Counted from the stretch's first letter, positions 39,699 to 48,967 are shown. The stretch is DNA of 64,000 nucleotides from Clostridia bacterium (GCA_017510525.1 JAFWNC010000019.1:26611-90610); one strand, 5' to 3'. The notes: generated from the letters alone by a model not told the origin. Numbers and translations are program-made.

Positions 39699-40331
39699 AT
39701 GAGAATTGGATTAATTAATGAAAATAGTCAAGCTTCAAAAAATAGTGATATTTTTAGAGAATTAGATGGAGCTGCAAAAAGAAATGGTCATGAGGTTTTA
39801 AATTTTGGAATGTATTCAGCTGATGATGAGGAACAATTAACTTATGTTCAAGTTGGAATTATGGCTGCAATATTGTTAAATAGCGGTGTTGTTGATTTCG
39901 TTGTAACTGGATGTGGAACTGGTGAAGGAGCAATGCTTGCTTGTAATAGTTTCCCTGGAGTTATTTGTGGACATGTTGTTGATCCCTCTGATGCATATAT
40001 GTTTATGCAAATTAATAATGGAAATGCAATTGCTTTACCATTTGCTAAAGGCTATGGTTGGGGAGCTGAACTTAATTTAAGATATACATTTGATAGATTG
40101 TTTGAAGATGAGCCTGGTGGAGGATATCCAAAGGAGAGAGCTGTTCCAGAGCAACGTAATAAGAAAATTTTGGATGAAGTAAAATTAAAAACATATAGAC
40201 CTCTAGTTGATATTTTAAAAGATTTAGATCAAGAATTAGTAAGAGGTGCGGTTGCTACAAAAGGTTTTAAAGAGTATTTTGAAAAATACGCAAAAAATGA
40301 GGAGATAATTGAATATATTAATTCTTTATAG
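39699..40331 (+). CDS. RpiB/LacA/LacB-family sugar-phosphate isomerase-like protein with a C-terminal extension
   Basis: VVTGCGTGEGAMLACNSFPGV resembles the RpiB motif CGTGIG...N..PGV. The start is MRIGLINE with RBS ggagagg. Confidence 0.5.
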   Translation: MRIGLINENSQASKNSDIFRELDGAAKRNGHEVLNFGMYSADDEEQLTYVQVGIMAAILLNSGVVDFVVTGCGTGEGAMLACNSFPGVICGHVVDPSDAYMFMQINNGNAIALPFAKGYGWGAELNLRYTFDRLFEDEPGGGYPKERAVPEQRNKKILDEVKLKTYRPLVDILKDLDQELVRGAVATKGFKEYFEKYAKNEEIIEYINSL

Positions 40332-40340
40332 TAAATATTA

Positions 40341-40395
40341 TTGTAGTGGCGGGGCTTTACACCGCCCACGGACGAGCAATGCTCGCCCCTACATA
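40341..40395. repeat. Composite REP: GTAG then ggcggggctttacaccgccc, then family A variant ggacgagcaatgctcgcc with a compensatory stem, then CTAC
   Basis: Seen directly. Confidence 0.7.
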
Positions 40396-40427
40396 TTATT
40401 AACATATTAATTTAGGAGGAGAATAAT

Positions 40428-40733
40428 ATGAGTGTTAGAAAGATTAATCAAGAAGAGTTTAATGAGGTTATTAATGGTAATAATAAGGTGTTTGTAGATT
40501 GTTATGCTGATTGGTGTGGACCTTGCCAAATGTTAGGACCTGTTATAGAGAAGATTTCAGAAGAATTTGAAGATATAGAATTTTATAAATTAAATGTTGA
40601 TGAGGCTGGTGAAATAGCTTTAAAATATGGAATAATGTCTATTCCAACTATTTTAATTTTCGAAAATGGAAATTTAAAAGAAACATTGGTTGGATTTAAA
40701 ACACCTGATGAGTTAAGAGATATTTTAAAATAG
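40428..40733 (+). CDS. trxA: Thioredoxin
   Basis: WCGPCQ is the active site. Length is 101 aa. A paralogue lies at 48051. Confidence 0.85.
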   Translation: MSVRKINQEEFNEVINGNNKVFVDCYADWCGPCQMLGPVIEKISEEFEDIEFYKLNVDEAGEIALKYGIMSIPTILIFENGNLKETLVGFKTPDELRDILK

Positions 40734-40782
40734 GAGATAAAAATGCTTTTATATATGTACTTTGAAATAAAGGAGATATTGT

Positions 40783-41949
40783 ATGATAATAAATAAAGAA
40801 TTAAATGGGAATGAGTTGATTATTAAACTTGATGGAAGACTTGATACTAATACGGTTTCAGATCTAGAAAAAGAGATTTCAGATTTAAATGGTGTTGAAA
40901 AAATTATCTTTGATTTTGAAAAACTTGAATATATTTCTTCATCTGGACTTAGATGTATATTAAAATGTAAGAAAATGGTGGATTCTACCAAAATAATCAA
41001 TTGTAGCACTGAAGTATATGAAATATTTGATATGACTGGTTTTTCAGAAATGATGGAAATAGAAAAAGCTTTGCGTAATATTTCAATTGATAATTGTGAG
41101 AAAATCGGGGAAGGTTTCTTTGGAATTATTTATAGAATTGATCCTGAGACAATTGTTAAAGTATATAGGGTTAAAGATTCTCTTGATATGATAAAAAGAG
41201 AAAGGACTCTTTCTAGAAAAGCTTTTGTAATGGGAATTCCAACAGCCATTCCATATGATACGGTTAAAGTAGGAGATTTATATGGAGCTGTATTTGAGCT
41301 TTTAAACGCTAAGTCGATTGTTAATTTAATTAATAATGAGGAAGATTTAGATACTTTTGCAAAAAAGAGTGTTGAAATTTTAAAAACAATGCATCAAAAG
41401 GAAGTTAAAGAAATGGATCTTCCAAAAAGGAAAGATACTGTTTTAGGCTATCTTAAGAATTGTGAAAACTTATTTTCAAAAGAAATATTTGATAAATTAG
41501 TTTTTTTATTAAATACAATTCCAGATACAAATACTCTTCTTCATTGTGATTTTCATGTGAAAAATATAATGATGCAAAATGATGAATTATTATTGATAGA
41601 TATGGATACTTTATCTATCGGTCATCCAATTTTTGAATTTGCTTCTATTTTTGCTACTTATGAAGCATTTTCGTGTGTTGATAAACAAAATACAGATAAA
41701 TTTTTGGGAATGCCTTTAGAGGTTACTAAAAAGTTATTTGATAAAATTTTTAGGTATTATTATAGGGATAAAAGTGATGAAGAATTAGAGAGTATAAAAT
41801 TAAAACTTTCTATTATTAGTTATATACAGGTTCTTTATTTGAGAGCAAAATATGAAGATGATAAAAATATAACTGGAAAGGAAGAAATCGAATTCTGTAA
41901 GAATTATTTAACAGAGTTTGCAGCAAAGTTAGATACTTTAGAGTATTAA
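40783..41949 (+). CDS. STAS-domain protein fused to an APH/choline-kinase-like (protein-kinase-like fold) phosphotransferase domain
   Basis: The N-terminus ...LIIKLDGRLDTNTVSDLEKEI...FDFEKLEYISSSGLRCIL has the SpoIIAA-type Ser motif. The C-terminus has the glycine loop IGEGFFGIIYR..VKVYR, the catalytic-loop-like LHCDFHVKNIMM and IDMD. Confidence 0.55.
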   Translation: MIINKELNGNELIIKLDGRLDTNTVSDLEKEISDLNGVEKIIFDFEKLEYISSSGLRCILKCKKMVDSTKIINCSTEVYEIFDMTGFSEMMEIEKALRNISIDNCEKIGEGFFGIIYRIDPETIVKVYRVKDSLDMIKRERTLSRKAFVMGIPTAIPYDTVKVGDLYGAVFELLNAKSIVNLINNEEDLDTFAKKSVEILKTMHQKEVKEMDLPKRKDTVLGYLKNCENLFSKEIFDKLVFLLNTIPDTNTLLHCDFHVKNIMMQNDELLLIDMDTLSIGHPIFEFASIFATYEAFSCVDKQNTDKFLGMPLEVTKKLFDKIFRYYYRDKSDEELESIKLKLSIISYIQVLYLRAKYEDDKNITGKEEIEFCKNYLTEFAAKLDTLEY

Positions 41950-41964
41950 ATTGGAGATATTTTA

Positions 41965-43320
41965 ATGAAAAAAAATGATGAATTAATAGTTGATATAATT
42001 GATAATGGAATGGATGGAGAAGGTATTGCTAAAGTTGATGGATTTACTATATTTGTACCTGGTGCAATCTGTGGAGAAAAAGTAAAGATTGGAATAGTTA
42101 AAGTGCTTAAAACTCATGGGTTTGGTAGAGTAATTGAGATTATAGAAAGTTCAAAATATAGAAGAGAGAATGATTGCAAAACTTTTCCTAGATGTGGCGG
42201 ATGTGATTTAAGACATGTAGATTATAATTATACTTTAGAGATGAAGGAAAAAAGGATTGAAAATTTATTTAAAAAAGAAAAAATTGATGTTACTGTTAAA
42301 CCTTGTGTTGGTATGGATGATCCATTTTTCTATAGAAATAAATTACAATATCCATTTGGTGTAAATAAAGACGGAAAGCCTGTAATGGGAGTGTTTGCTA
42401 AGAGAAGTCATAATGTGATAGAGACAAAAGAGTGTATGATTCAGGACAAGCTTTGTCAAAAAGTTGCTGAAAGCGTATTTGAGTTTATTAAAAATAATAA
42501 TATCTCTGTTTATAGTGAGGAAAATTTAAAGGGCTTTGTTAGACATTGTATTGTTCGTATTGGAAAAAAGTCTAATGAAGTAATGGTTACACTGGTTACA
42601 AATAAAGGAGAATTTAAAGAAACCAATAAGCTTGTAAATGAGTTGACAACTAAATTTCCTGAAATTAAGTCTATTGTTAGAAATATTAATGATAAAAACA
42701 CTAATGTGATTTTGGGTAGAGAAAATGAGGTTTTATTTGGAAGCGGATATATAAAAGATAATCTTTTAGGATTTGATTTTGAAATATCACCAATGTCATT
42801 TTATCAAGTAAATCCTATTCAGACTGAAAAACTATATTCTAAAGCTATTGAATATGCAGAACTTACAGGAAAAGAAAGCATTTTTGATTTATATTGTGGA
42901 ATAGGAACAATTGGAATTTGCGCATCAAAAGGAGCGAAGATGCTATATGGAATAGAAACAGTTCCTGAAGCAATAGAAGATGCAAAGAAAAATGCATATT
43001 TAAATAATGTTGAAAATTCTGAATATTTTGTAGGAAATGTTGAAGATGTATTACCTAAATTAGTTGAAGAAAGAGATATAAAAGCTGATGTTTGTTTTAT
43101 TGATCCACCAAGAAAAGGATGTGAGACAATAGTTTTAGAAACTCTTTTGAAAGTTAAGCCAGAAAAAATTGTTTATGTGAGTTGTAATCCTGCAACACTT
43201 GTAAGAGATGTTAAAGTTCTATTAGATGAGTATGAAATAAAAGAAGTAACACCAGTTGATATGTTTCCATATACGAGCCACGTGGAGACAGTTGCAGTTT
43301 TGAAATTGAAAAATATTTAA
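41965..43320 (+). CDS. rlmD: 23S rRNA (uracil-C5)-methyltransferase RlmD/RumA family
   Basis: There is an N-terminal TRAM domain. CGGCDLRH is the Fe-S Cys cluster. The SAM fold includes DLYCGIGTIG. PPRKGC holds the nucleophile Cys. Confidence 0.8.
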   Translation: MKKNDELIVDIIDNGMDGEGIAKVDGFTIFVPGAICGEKVKIGIVKVLKTHGFGRVIEIIESSKYRRENDCKTFPRCGGCDLRHVDYNYTLEMKEKRIENLFKKEKIDVTVKPCVGMDDPFFYRNKLQYPFGVNKDGKPVMGVFAKRSHNVIETKECMIQDKLCQKVAESVFEFIKNNNISVYSEENLKGFVRHCIVRIGKKSNEVMVTLVTNKGEFKETNKLVNELTTKFPEIKSIVRNINDKNTNVILGRENEVLFGSGYIKDNLLGFDFEISPMSFYQVNPIQTEKLYSKAIEYAELTGKESIFDLYCGIGTIGICASKGAKMLYGIETVPEAIEDAKKNAYLNNVENSEYFVGNVEDVLPKLVEERDIKADVCFIDPPRKGCETIVLETLLKVKPEKIVYVSCNPATLVRDVKVLLDEYEIKEVTPVDMFPYTSHVETVAVLKLKNI

Positions 43321-43331
43321 GATTAAAAAGA

Positions 43332-43372
43332 AAGATATCGATGTCAAAAATGTCGATATCTTTTTTTCTTTT
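43332..43372 (+). terminator. Rho-independent terminator of rlmD
   Basis: agatatcga...tcgatatct forms a hairpin and is followed by ttttttcttttt. Confidence 0.6.
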
Positions 43373-43453
43373 TTAAAAATAAGCTATTGAATTAATAGAC
43401 AATCTATGATAAAATACGAACAAAAGTTCTTAAAATAAAGGAGGTATTTTATT

Positions 43454-44305
43454 ATGGATAATAAATTAGATACAATTACAAACCTTTTTGAAGGAAAAGA
43501 GATTAGAAGTGTGTGGGATGCTGAGAAGGAAGAATATTATTTTAGTGTTGTCGATGTAATTAGTGCTTTGACAGATAGTAGAATTCCTAGAAATTATTGG
43601 AGTGATTTAAAACATAAATTAACAATAGAAGGAAGTCAGTTGCACGAGAAAATCGTGCAACTGAAAATGAAATCATTAAAAGATGGAAAGAGATATTTAA
43701 CAGATACTTTAGATACAAAAGGGATTTTTAGATTAATTGAGTCTGTACCAAGTCGAAAAGCAGAACCTTTTAAATTATGGCTAGCTTCTTTAGGGAAAGA
43801 AAGGATTGATGAAATATTCAATCCAGAAATAGCAATAAATAGAGCAATAGATTATTACAGAAATAAAGGGTATAGTGATAGATGGATAGAAGCAAGATTG
43901 AAAGGAATATTAGATAGAAAGAAATTAACAGATATTTGGAAAGAAAATGGAATAACAGAATATTTTGAATATGCTATTTTAACAAATGATATATATAAAA
44001 CATGGTCTGGAATGAAAGCTTCAGAATATAAAAAACATAAAAATATAAGAAAAGAATCTTTAAGAGATAATATGACAGATGTGGAAGTTGCATTAACAGA
44101 TTTAGGTGAAATAGCAACAAGAGAACTTGCAAAAAAGATTAAGCCACATGGTTTAAAAGAAAATAGAAAAATCGCAAAATCAGGTGGAGAAGTTGCCAAA
44201 GTAGCTCGTGAAGATTTAGAAAATAAATTAGGAGAAACAATAATAAGTAAAGAAAATCAATTGAATTATAAATATATTGATAGTAATAAATTATTAGATA
44301 GTTAA
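43454..44305 (+). CDS. Bro-N-domain protein (phage antirepressor/DinD-like)
   Basis: The N-terminus ...GKEIRSVWDAEKEEYYFSVVDVISALT follows the Bro-N pattern. Confidence 0.5.
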   Translation: MDNKLDTITNLFEGKEIRSVWDAEKEEYYFSVVDVISALTDSRIPRNYWSDLKHKLTIEGSQLHEKIVQLKMKSLKDGKRYLTDTLDTKGIFRLIESVPSRKAEPFKLWLASLGKERIDEIFNPEIAINRAIDYYRNKGYSDRWIEARLKGILDRKKLTDIWKENGITEYFEYAILTNDIYKTWSGMKASEYKKHKNIRKESLRDNMTDVEVALTDLGEIATRELAKKIKPHGLKENRKIAKSGGEVAKVAREDLENKLGETIISKENQLNYKYIDSNKLLDS

Positions 44306-44406
44306 AAAGATAAGAAATAACTAATTGTAAAATTAAAAGAAATGATATATACTTTACCTGTTGAGTGCGTATGTGTTCTAAATGTTATTAAAAAAGGAGA
44401 ATAATA

Positions 44407-44823
44407 ATGATTAGTATAGAATATAAAGATAAACTAGATGAAGATGATTATAATTTTATTGGTTTAGAGTTTGAAAAATATGCTGAGAAAAATGGTATAA
44501 AATGTGATTATAAATCTTTTTTATTTACTGCAAAAGAAGAGGATAAAACCATTGGAATGCTAGCAGGAAATACGTATTATAAGGAAGTACATATTGGAGA
44601 TATTATTGTTATTGAGGAATATCGTAATAAACATATTGGAAGTAAACTAATAGCTCAAGTTGAAGAGTTTTATAGGAATAAAGGGTTTGATAATATTAAT
44701 CTTACTACTTATGGATTTCAGGCATTAGATTTTTATAAGAAATGTGGATATGAGCTTGAGTTTACTAGAGAAAATAAAGATAATCCAAAATTAAATAAGC
44801 ATTATTTAGTTAAATTTTTTTAA
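44407..44823 (+). CDS. GNAT-family N-acetyltransferase
   Basis: ...IIVIEEYRNKHIGSKLIAQVEEFYRNKGF... is acetyl-CoA motif A. Length is 138 aa. Confidence 0.7.
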   Translation: MISIEYKDKLDEDDYNFIGLEFEKYAEKNGIKCDYKSFLFTAKEEDKTIGMLAGNTYYKEVHIGDIIVIEEYRNKHIGSKLIAQVEEFYRNKGFDNINLTTYGFQALDFYKKCGYELEFTRENKDNPKLNKHYLVKFF

Positions 44824-44829
44824 AATAAA

Positions 44830-44862
44830 ATGTGGAAAAGAGAACCGTCCCCTTTTCCACAA
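44830..44862. repeat. Hairpin repeat gtggaaaag-agaaccgtcccc-ttttccac, sharing its core with the 24.4-kb palindrome
   Basis: The string ggaaaagagaaccgtcccc appears here and inside the 24419..24530 palindrome. Confidence 0.6.
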
Positions 44863-44887
44863 GAATAATGCAATAGCAGTTGCATAT

Positions 44888-45343
44888 ATGTTAGATACAA
44901 CGGCTTGGGGAGTAAAGTTTAAAAACAGTAATAATAGTAGTTATATAAACTATGTAACAGGAGGACCAACTATAGAGCAGTTTGCAACATCATATAATAC
45001 AGTTCATACAACTACAGCAGATCAAATATTCTATAGTGAAACTGGTAATACAGGATACTATGTAAAGAAAGGACAAGCACCAACAATAGAAACTTATGAT
45101 ATTTTTAGTACAGCAGATAATAATTTATATTTTATAACATCAACATCTAAAGCAAATGCAGCATGGATTGCTTCCCCTTCTGCCAATAACGATAACTACG
45201 TGATATTTGCAGACTATAGCGGCTATATGTATTTCAGCGCCTCTTCTAACATTGGCAGTATGGGATTCCGTCCGCTAGTTTCTCTAAAATCTGGAGTCAG
45301 TCTAGTTGATAGCGATTCAGATGGAGTATATGATTTTAATTAA
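44888..45343 (+). CDS. Hypothetical protein, probably the C-terminal fragment of a larger gene
   Basis: No RBS precedes it. The frame stays open upstream through the repeat at 44830..44862. The product is S/T/N-rich: ...YMYFSASSNIGSMGFRPLVSLKSG... Confidence 0.3.
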   Translation: MLDTTAWGVKFKNSNNSSYINYVTGGPTIEQFATSYNTVHTTTADQIFYSETGNTGYYVKKGQAPTIETYDIFSTADNNLYFITSTSKANAAWIASPSANNDNYVIFADYSGYMYFSASSNIGSMGFRPLVSLKSGVSLVDSDSDGVYDFN

Positions 45344-45361
45344 TTATACGTAGAATAAAGT

Positions 45362-45398
45362 AGGGGCACATTGCTGATAGTGCCCCTACTTTTTTGGC
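45362..45398 (+). terminator. Rho-independent terminator
   Basis: aggggcacattgctgatagtgcccct followed by acttttttgg. Confidence 0.6.
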
Positions 45399-45450
45399 GA
45401 TTCCAGGCGTTCTCAAAGTCTATTTTGCAATAAAAAATTGATAAAAAAAG

Positions 45451-45479
45451 TTGAAATATGAATATTTACATAGTATAAT
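45451..45479 (+). promoter_or_regulatory. Canonical sigma-A-type promoter (TTGAAA, 17 nt, TATAAT)
   Basis: -35 TTGAAA at 45451..45456, a 17-nt spacer, and -10 TATAAT at 45474..45479. It lies about 35 nt upstream of ORF 45513. Confidence 0.5.
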
Positions 45480-45512
45480 TCTGAAAAAAGTGAAGAGTTA
45501 GGATAGATTATT

Positions 45513-46457
45513 ATGAAAAAGAGAGAGAAGATTTTTGATTTATATTGGTATTTTGCTGCCGAGAGACAAAATATTTTTTATAAAAAATTAAATGGTGAAG
45601 AGTCTCCTTGGACTGATGATTTAATACTTCAAGAATATAAGTTTTGCAATAGTTATAGAGCAAGTGATAGGGTGTCTCAGTATTTGATTAAAAATGTAAT
45701 TTATAATGGAAAAAAATATTCTGATGAAGATATGATTTTTAGAATTATATTATTCAAAATTTTTAATAAGGAGTCAACTTGGGATTATTTAATAGAGAAA
45801 TTGGGTGATGTTACTTTATCAAATTTTTCTTTTAAAAAATATTGCGATATATTAGAGTCTGCAAGAAATGAAGGCTTAAAGATATATACTGATGCATATA
45901 TGTCTTGTGCAAATAAGGCTTTTGGATTTGATAAAAAACATGAGAATCATATTGCTTTATTAGAGAAAATGTTTATTAAAGATAGAATGCAAGATAAAAT
46001 CATTAATTCTAAATCAATGGAAGAGGCTTTTAATATTATAAAAGATTATGAGCTTATTGGTAATTTTATGGCTTATCAATTAGTAACTGATATTAATTAT
46101 AGTGAAGTTACAGATTTTTCTGAAAGAGAGTTTACAGTTGCAGGTCCAGGCTCAGAAAGAGGAATAAAAAAGTGTTTTATTGATTTAGAGGGAATGTCTA
46201 AAGAAGATATTATTAAATGGATGTGTGATCACCAAGAAGAGGAGTTTAAAAGACTTGGTATTGATTTTAAGACTTTAGGTGGAAGGCATCTTCAATATAT
46301 TGATTGCCAGAATTTATTTTGTGAGCTTGATAAATATTGTAGACAAGCTGTTCCTGAACTTAAGAGCAATAGAACTAAGATTAAAAAGAAATATGTACCA
46401 AAGAGTGGAAAGATTGAATATATGTATCCACCTAAGTGGAATATTAAATTATTATAG
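45513..46457 (+). CDS. Uncharacterised 314-aa protein. A weak, unverified recall links its N-terminal block to alpha-glutamyl/putrescinyl-thymine pyrophosphorylase-like ('nucleotide kinase domain') proteins.
   Basis: RBS gagttagga precedes it. The N-terminus is MKKREKIFDLYWYFAAERQNIFYKKLNGEESPWTDDLILQEYKFCNSYRASDRVSQYL. It has its own strong promoter and terminator. Confidence 0.45.
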   Translation: MKKREKIFDLYWYFAAERQNIFYKKLNGEESPWTDDLILQEYKFCNSYRASDRVSQYLIKNVIYNGKKYSDEDMIFRIILFKIFNKESTWDYLIEKLGDVTLSNFSFKKYCDILESARNEGLKIYTDAYMSCANKAFGFDKKHENHIALLEKMFIKDRMQDKIINSKSMEEAFNIIKDYELIGNFMAYQLVTDINYSEVTDFSEREFTVAGPGSERGIKKCFIDLEGMSKEDIIKWMCDHQEEEFKRLGIDFKTLGGRHLQYIDCQNLFCELDKYCRQAVPELKSNRTKIKKKYVPKSGKIEYMYPPKWNIKLL

Positions 46458-46512
46458 AGGATTAAAATGGACTTTTAAAAGTATAACTATTTTTATTATA
46501 GAATGTTAAATT

Positions 46513-46565
46513 TTGGACGTGCACTAAAAGCTTATTTAAGCTATTTTTAGTGCACGTCTAAAAAC
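46513..46565 (+). terminator. Terminator-like hairpin
   Basis: gacgtgcactaaaa and ttttagtgcacgtc form a 14-bp stem around the loop gcttatttaagcta. Confidence 0.5.
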
Positions 46566-46579
46566 TTTTAGAAAAACTA

Positions 46580-46625
46580 TTGACAAAATAAATTAAATTG
46601 TGTACAATCTAATTGTTAAAAATAT
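46580..46625 (+). promoter_or_regulatory. Promoter (TTGACA, 17 nt, TGnTACAAT) overlapped by OhrR-type TACAAT/ATTGTA inverted repeats
   Basis: -35 at 46580..46585 and -10 at 46603..46608 with an extended TG. aattgtgTACAATctaATTGTta overlaps the -10. An ohrR-like gene lies downstream at 48384. Confidence 0.45.
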
Positions 46626-46651
46626 TTTTTTTAAAAAAAGGAGGATTGTTT

Positions 46652-47125
46652 ATGAGTATTTATGATTATAAGGTAAAAAATAGAAAGGGTGAAGACGTTA
46701 GTCTTGAGGATTATAAAGGAAAGGTGTTATTGATTGTTAATACTGCTACTGGTTGTGGTTTTACTCCTCAATATGAGGGATTGGAGAATTTGTATAAGAA
46801 ATATCATGAGAAAGGTTTAGAGATTTTAGATTTTCCATGTAATCAATTTGGAAATCAAGCTCCTGGTAGTAATGATGAAATTCATGAATTTTGTACTTTA
46901 AAATACAATACAACTTTTGACCAATTTGCTAAAATAGATGTAAATGGAGAGAATGAATCTCCTTTATATACTTTTTTAAAATCTGAAAAAAAGGGTATGC
47001 TAAGTAATAAAATAAAATGGAATTTTACAAAATTTTTAGTTGATAAAGAAGGAAATGTTGTTGGTAGATTTGCACCAACAGTTAAACCAGAAGATATCGA
47101 TAGTAAAATTGCTGAATTATTGTAA
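46652..47125 (+). CDS. Glutathione peroxidase family protein (BsaA/Gpx)
   Basis: LLIVNTATGCGFTPQY holds the peroxidatic Cys. ...NFTKFLVD... is also present. RBS aaaggagg precedes it. Confidence 0.85.
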   Translation: MSIYDYKVKNRKGEDVSLEDYKGKVLLIVNTATGCGFTPQYEGLENLYKKYHEKGLEILDFPCNQFGNQAPGSNDEIHEFCTLKYNTTFDQFAKIDVNGENESPLYTFLKSEKKGMLSNKIKWNFTKFLVDKEGNVVGRFAPTVKPEDIDSKIAELL

Positions 47126-47140
47126 GATAAGGAGAATAGT

Positions 47141-48034
47141 ATGTATGATATAATAATTGTTGGAGCTGGACCTGCTGGATTAACTGCTGCTATATATGGA
47201 GTTAGGGCTAATAAAAAAGTTTTAGTTCTTGAATCTAAAAGTTATGGTGGACAAATTGTTAATGCTTATAGAATTGATAATTATCCTGGAATGCCTCATA
47301 TATCAGGATTTGAATTTGCTACAGCTTTGTATAATCAAGCAAAAGAATTGGGTGTTGAAGTAAAATTTGAAACTGTTATTAAAATTGATAAAGATAAAAA
47401 TGTTGAAACTACTAAAAATAAATATCAAGCTAAGGCAATTATTTTAGCTACTGGTTCAGAAAATAAAACATTAAATGTTGAAAATGAAAATAAATATATA
47501 GGAAAAGGAATTTCATATTGTGCTACATGTGATGGAAATTTTTATAGAAACAAAGTAGTTGCTGTTGTAGGTGGCGGAAATACAGCTTTAGAAGATGCAT
47601 TATATTTATCTAATTTAGCTGAAAAAGTTTATCTAATTCATAGAAGAGATACATTTAGAGGAGAAGAAATGGCAGTTGATGAGTTACGTAGTAAAGAAAA
47701 TGTTGAGCTTGTTTTAAATTCAAATGTAGTAAAATTAAATGGTGATAGTTTAATTGAAAGTATTGATGTCGAAGATAGTGAAAAAAACATTAGAAATATT
47801 GAGTTAAATGGGTTATTTATTGCTGTTGGAAGAGCACCTAAAAATGATATTTTCTCAGAAGTAGTAAAACTAGATGAAAAGGGATACTTTGAATCTTCAG
47901 ATGGAATTCATACAAATGTTGAAGGAATTTATGTTGCTGGAGATGCTCGAAAAAAAGAGTTAAGGCAATTAGCTACAGCAATAGGAGATGGAGCTAATTC
48001 TGCTACAATGGCTATTAAAGAAATGAAAAATTAA
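47141..48034 (+). CDS. trxB: Thioredoxin reductase
   Basis: IIVGAGPAGLTAA is the FAD motif. CATCDG is the redox CxxC. VVGGGNTALE is the NADPH motif. Confidence 0.85.
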   Translation: MYDIIIVGAGPAGLTAAIYGVRANKKVLVLESKSYGGQIVNAYRIDNYPGMPHISGFEFATALYNQAKELGVEVKFETVIKIDKDKNVETTKNKYQAKAIILATGSENKTLNVENENKYIGKGISYCATCDGNFYRNKVVAVVGGGNTALEDALYLSNLAEKVYLIHRRDTFRGEEMAVDELRSKENVELVLNSNVVKLNGDSLIESIDVEDSEKNIRNIELNGLFIAVGRAPKNDIFSEVVKLDEKGYFESSDGIHTNVEGIYVAGDARKKELRQLATAIGDGANSATMAIKEMKN

Positions 48035-48050
48035 ATAGGAGGATAGTAAA

Positions 48051-48359
48051 ATGAGCGTTAAGAAAATTGAAGAAAAAGATTTTGAGGTTGTTATAAAAAA
48101 TGAAGATAAGAAGGTTTTAATTGACTGTTATGCTGATTGGTGTGGACCTTGTCAGATGTTAGGCCCTGTTATAGAAGGATTATCAGATGAAATTGATAGT
48201 GTAGAATTTTATAAATTAAATGTAGATGAGGCTATGGAAGTTGCTAGCAAATATCAAATAATGTCTATACCTACATTATTAATTTTTGAAAAAGGTAATT
48301 TAAAAGAAACTTTAGTTGGGTTTAAAACTGCTGATGAATTAAGAGAAATATTAAAATAA
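48051..48359 (+). CDS. trxA: Thioredoxin (second paralogue)
   Basis: WCGPCQ is the active site. Length is 102 aa. It is about 75% nucleotide-identical to 40428..40733. Confidence 0.85.
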   Translation: MSVKKIEEKDFEVVIKNEDKKVLIDCYADWCGPCQMLGPVIEGLSDEIDSVEFYKLNVDEAMEVASKYQIMSIPTLLIFEKGNLKETLVGFKTADELREILK

Positions 48360-48383
48360 TAAATTATTGGAGATAAGATTAAG

Positions 48384-48812
48384 ATGGAAAAATTAGATGG
48401 ATTAAAATTGGAAAATCAATTATGTTTTCCTTTATATGCTTGTTCCAAGGAAATCATTAGAAGATACAAGCCATTGTTGAATGAGTTAGATTTAACATAT
48501 ACTCAATATATTACTATGATGGTATTATGGGATAAAAAAGAAATAAATGTGAAGACATTAGGAGAAAAAATTTTCTTGGATTCTGGAACTCTTACACCTG
48601 TATTAAAAAAATTAGAAAGTAAAGGATATATAGAAAGAAATCGTGCATCTGATGATGAGAGAAATTTGATTATTACAATTACTAAAAAAGGTGAGAATCT
48701 AAGAAATAAAGCAAAAAATATTCCACAGAAAGTTGGAAAATGTGTAAATTTATCTGAAAAAGAGGCAATGGAGTTATATAAATTATTGTATAAAGTTTTA
48801 GGAAAGTTCTAG
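48384..48812 (+). CDS. ohrR: MarR-family regulator, OhrR-like (organic hydroperoxide sensor)
   Basis: The N-terminal reactive Cys motif is ENQLCFPLY. A winged-helix core follows. Length is 142 aa. Confidence 0.6.
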   Translation: MEKLDGLKLENQLCFPLYACSKEIIRRYKPLLNELDLTYTQYITMMVLWDKKEINVKTLGEKIFLDSGTLTPVLKKLESKGYIERNRASDDERNLIITITKKGENLRNKAKNIPQKVGKCVNLSEKEAMELYKLLYKVLGKF

Positions 48813-48967
48813 ATAATGTAACTGATAACAATAAAAAAGGGACATGTTCAAAATTAATGTTTTTAACAGCGATTTGGAACGTGTCTACTTTTTGTTGTTA
48901 TAAAAATACTTGCACTTTTTATTAGTTTAGAGTAATATAATATCATAGTTGAAAGTTGCAAAAAAAT

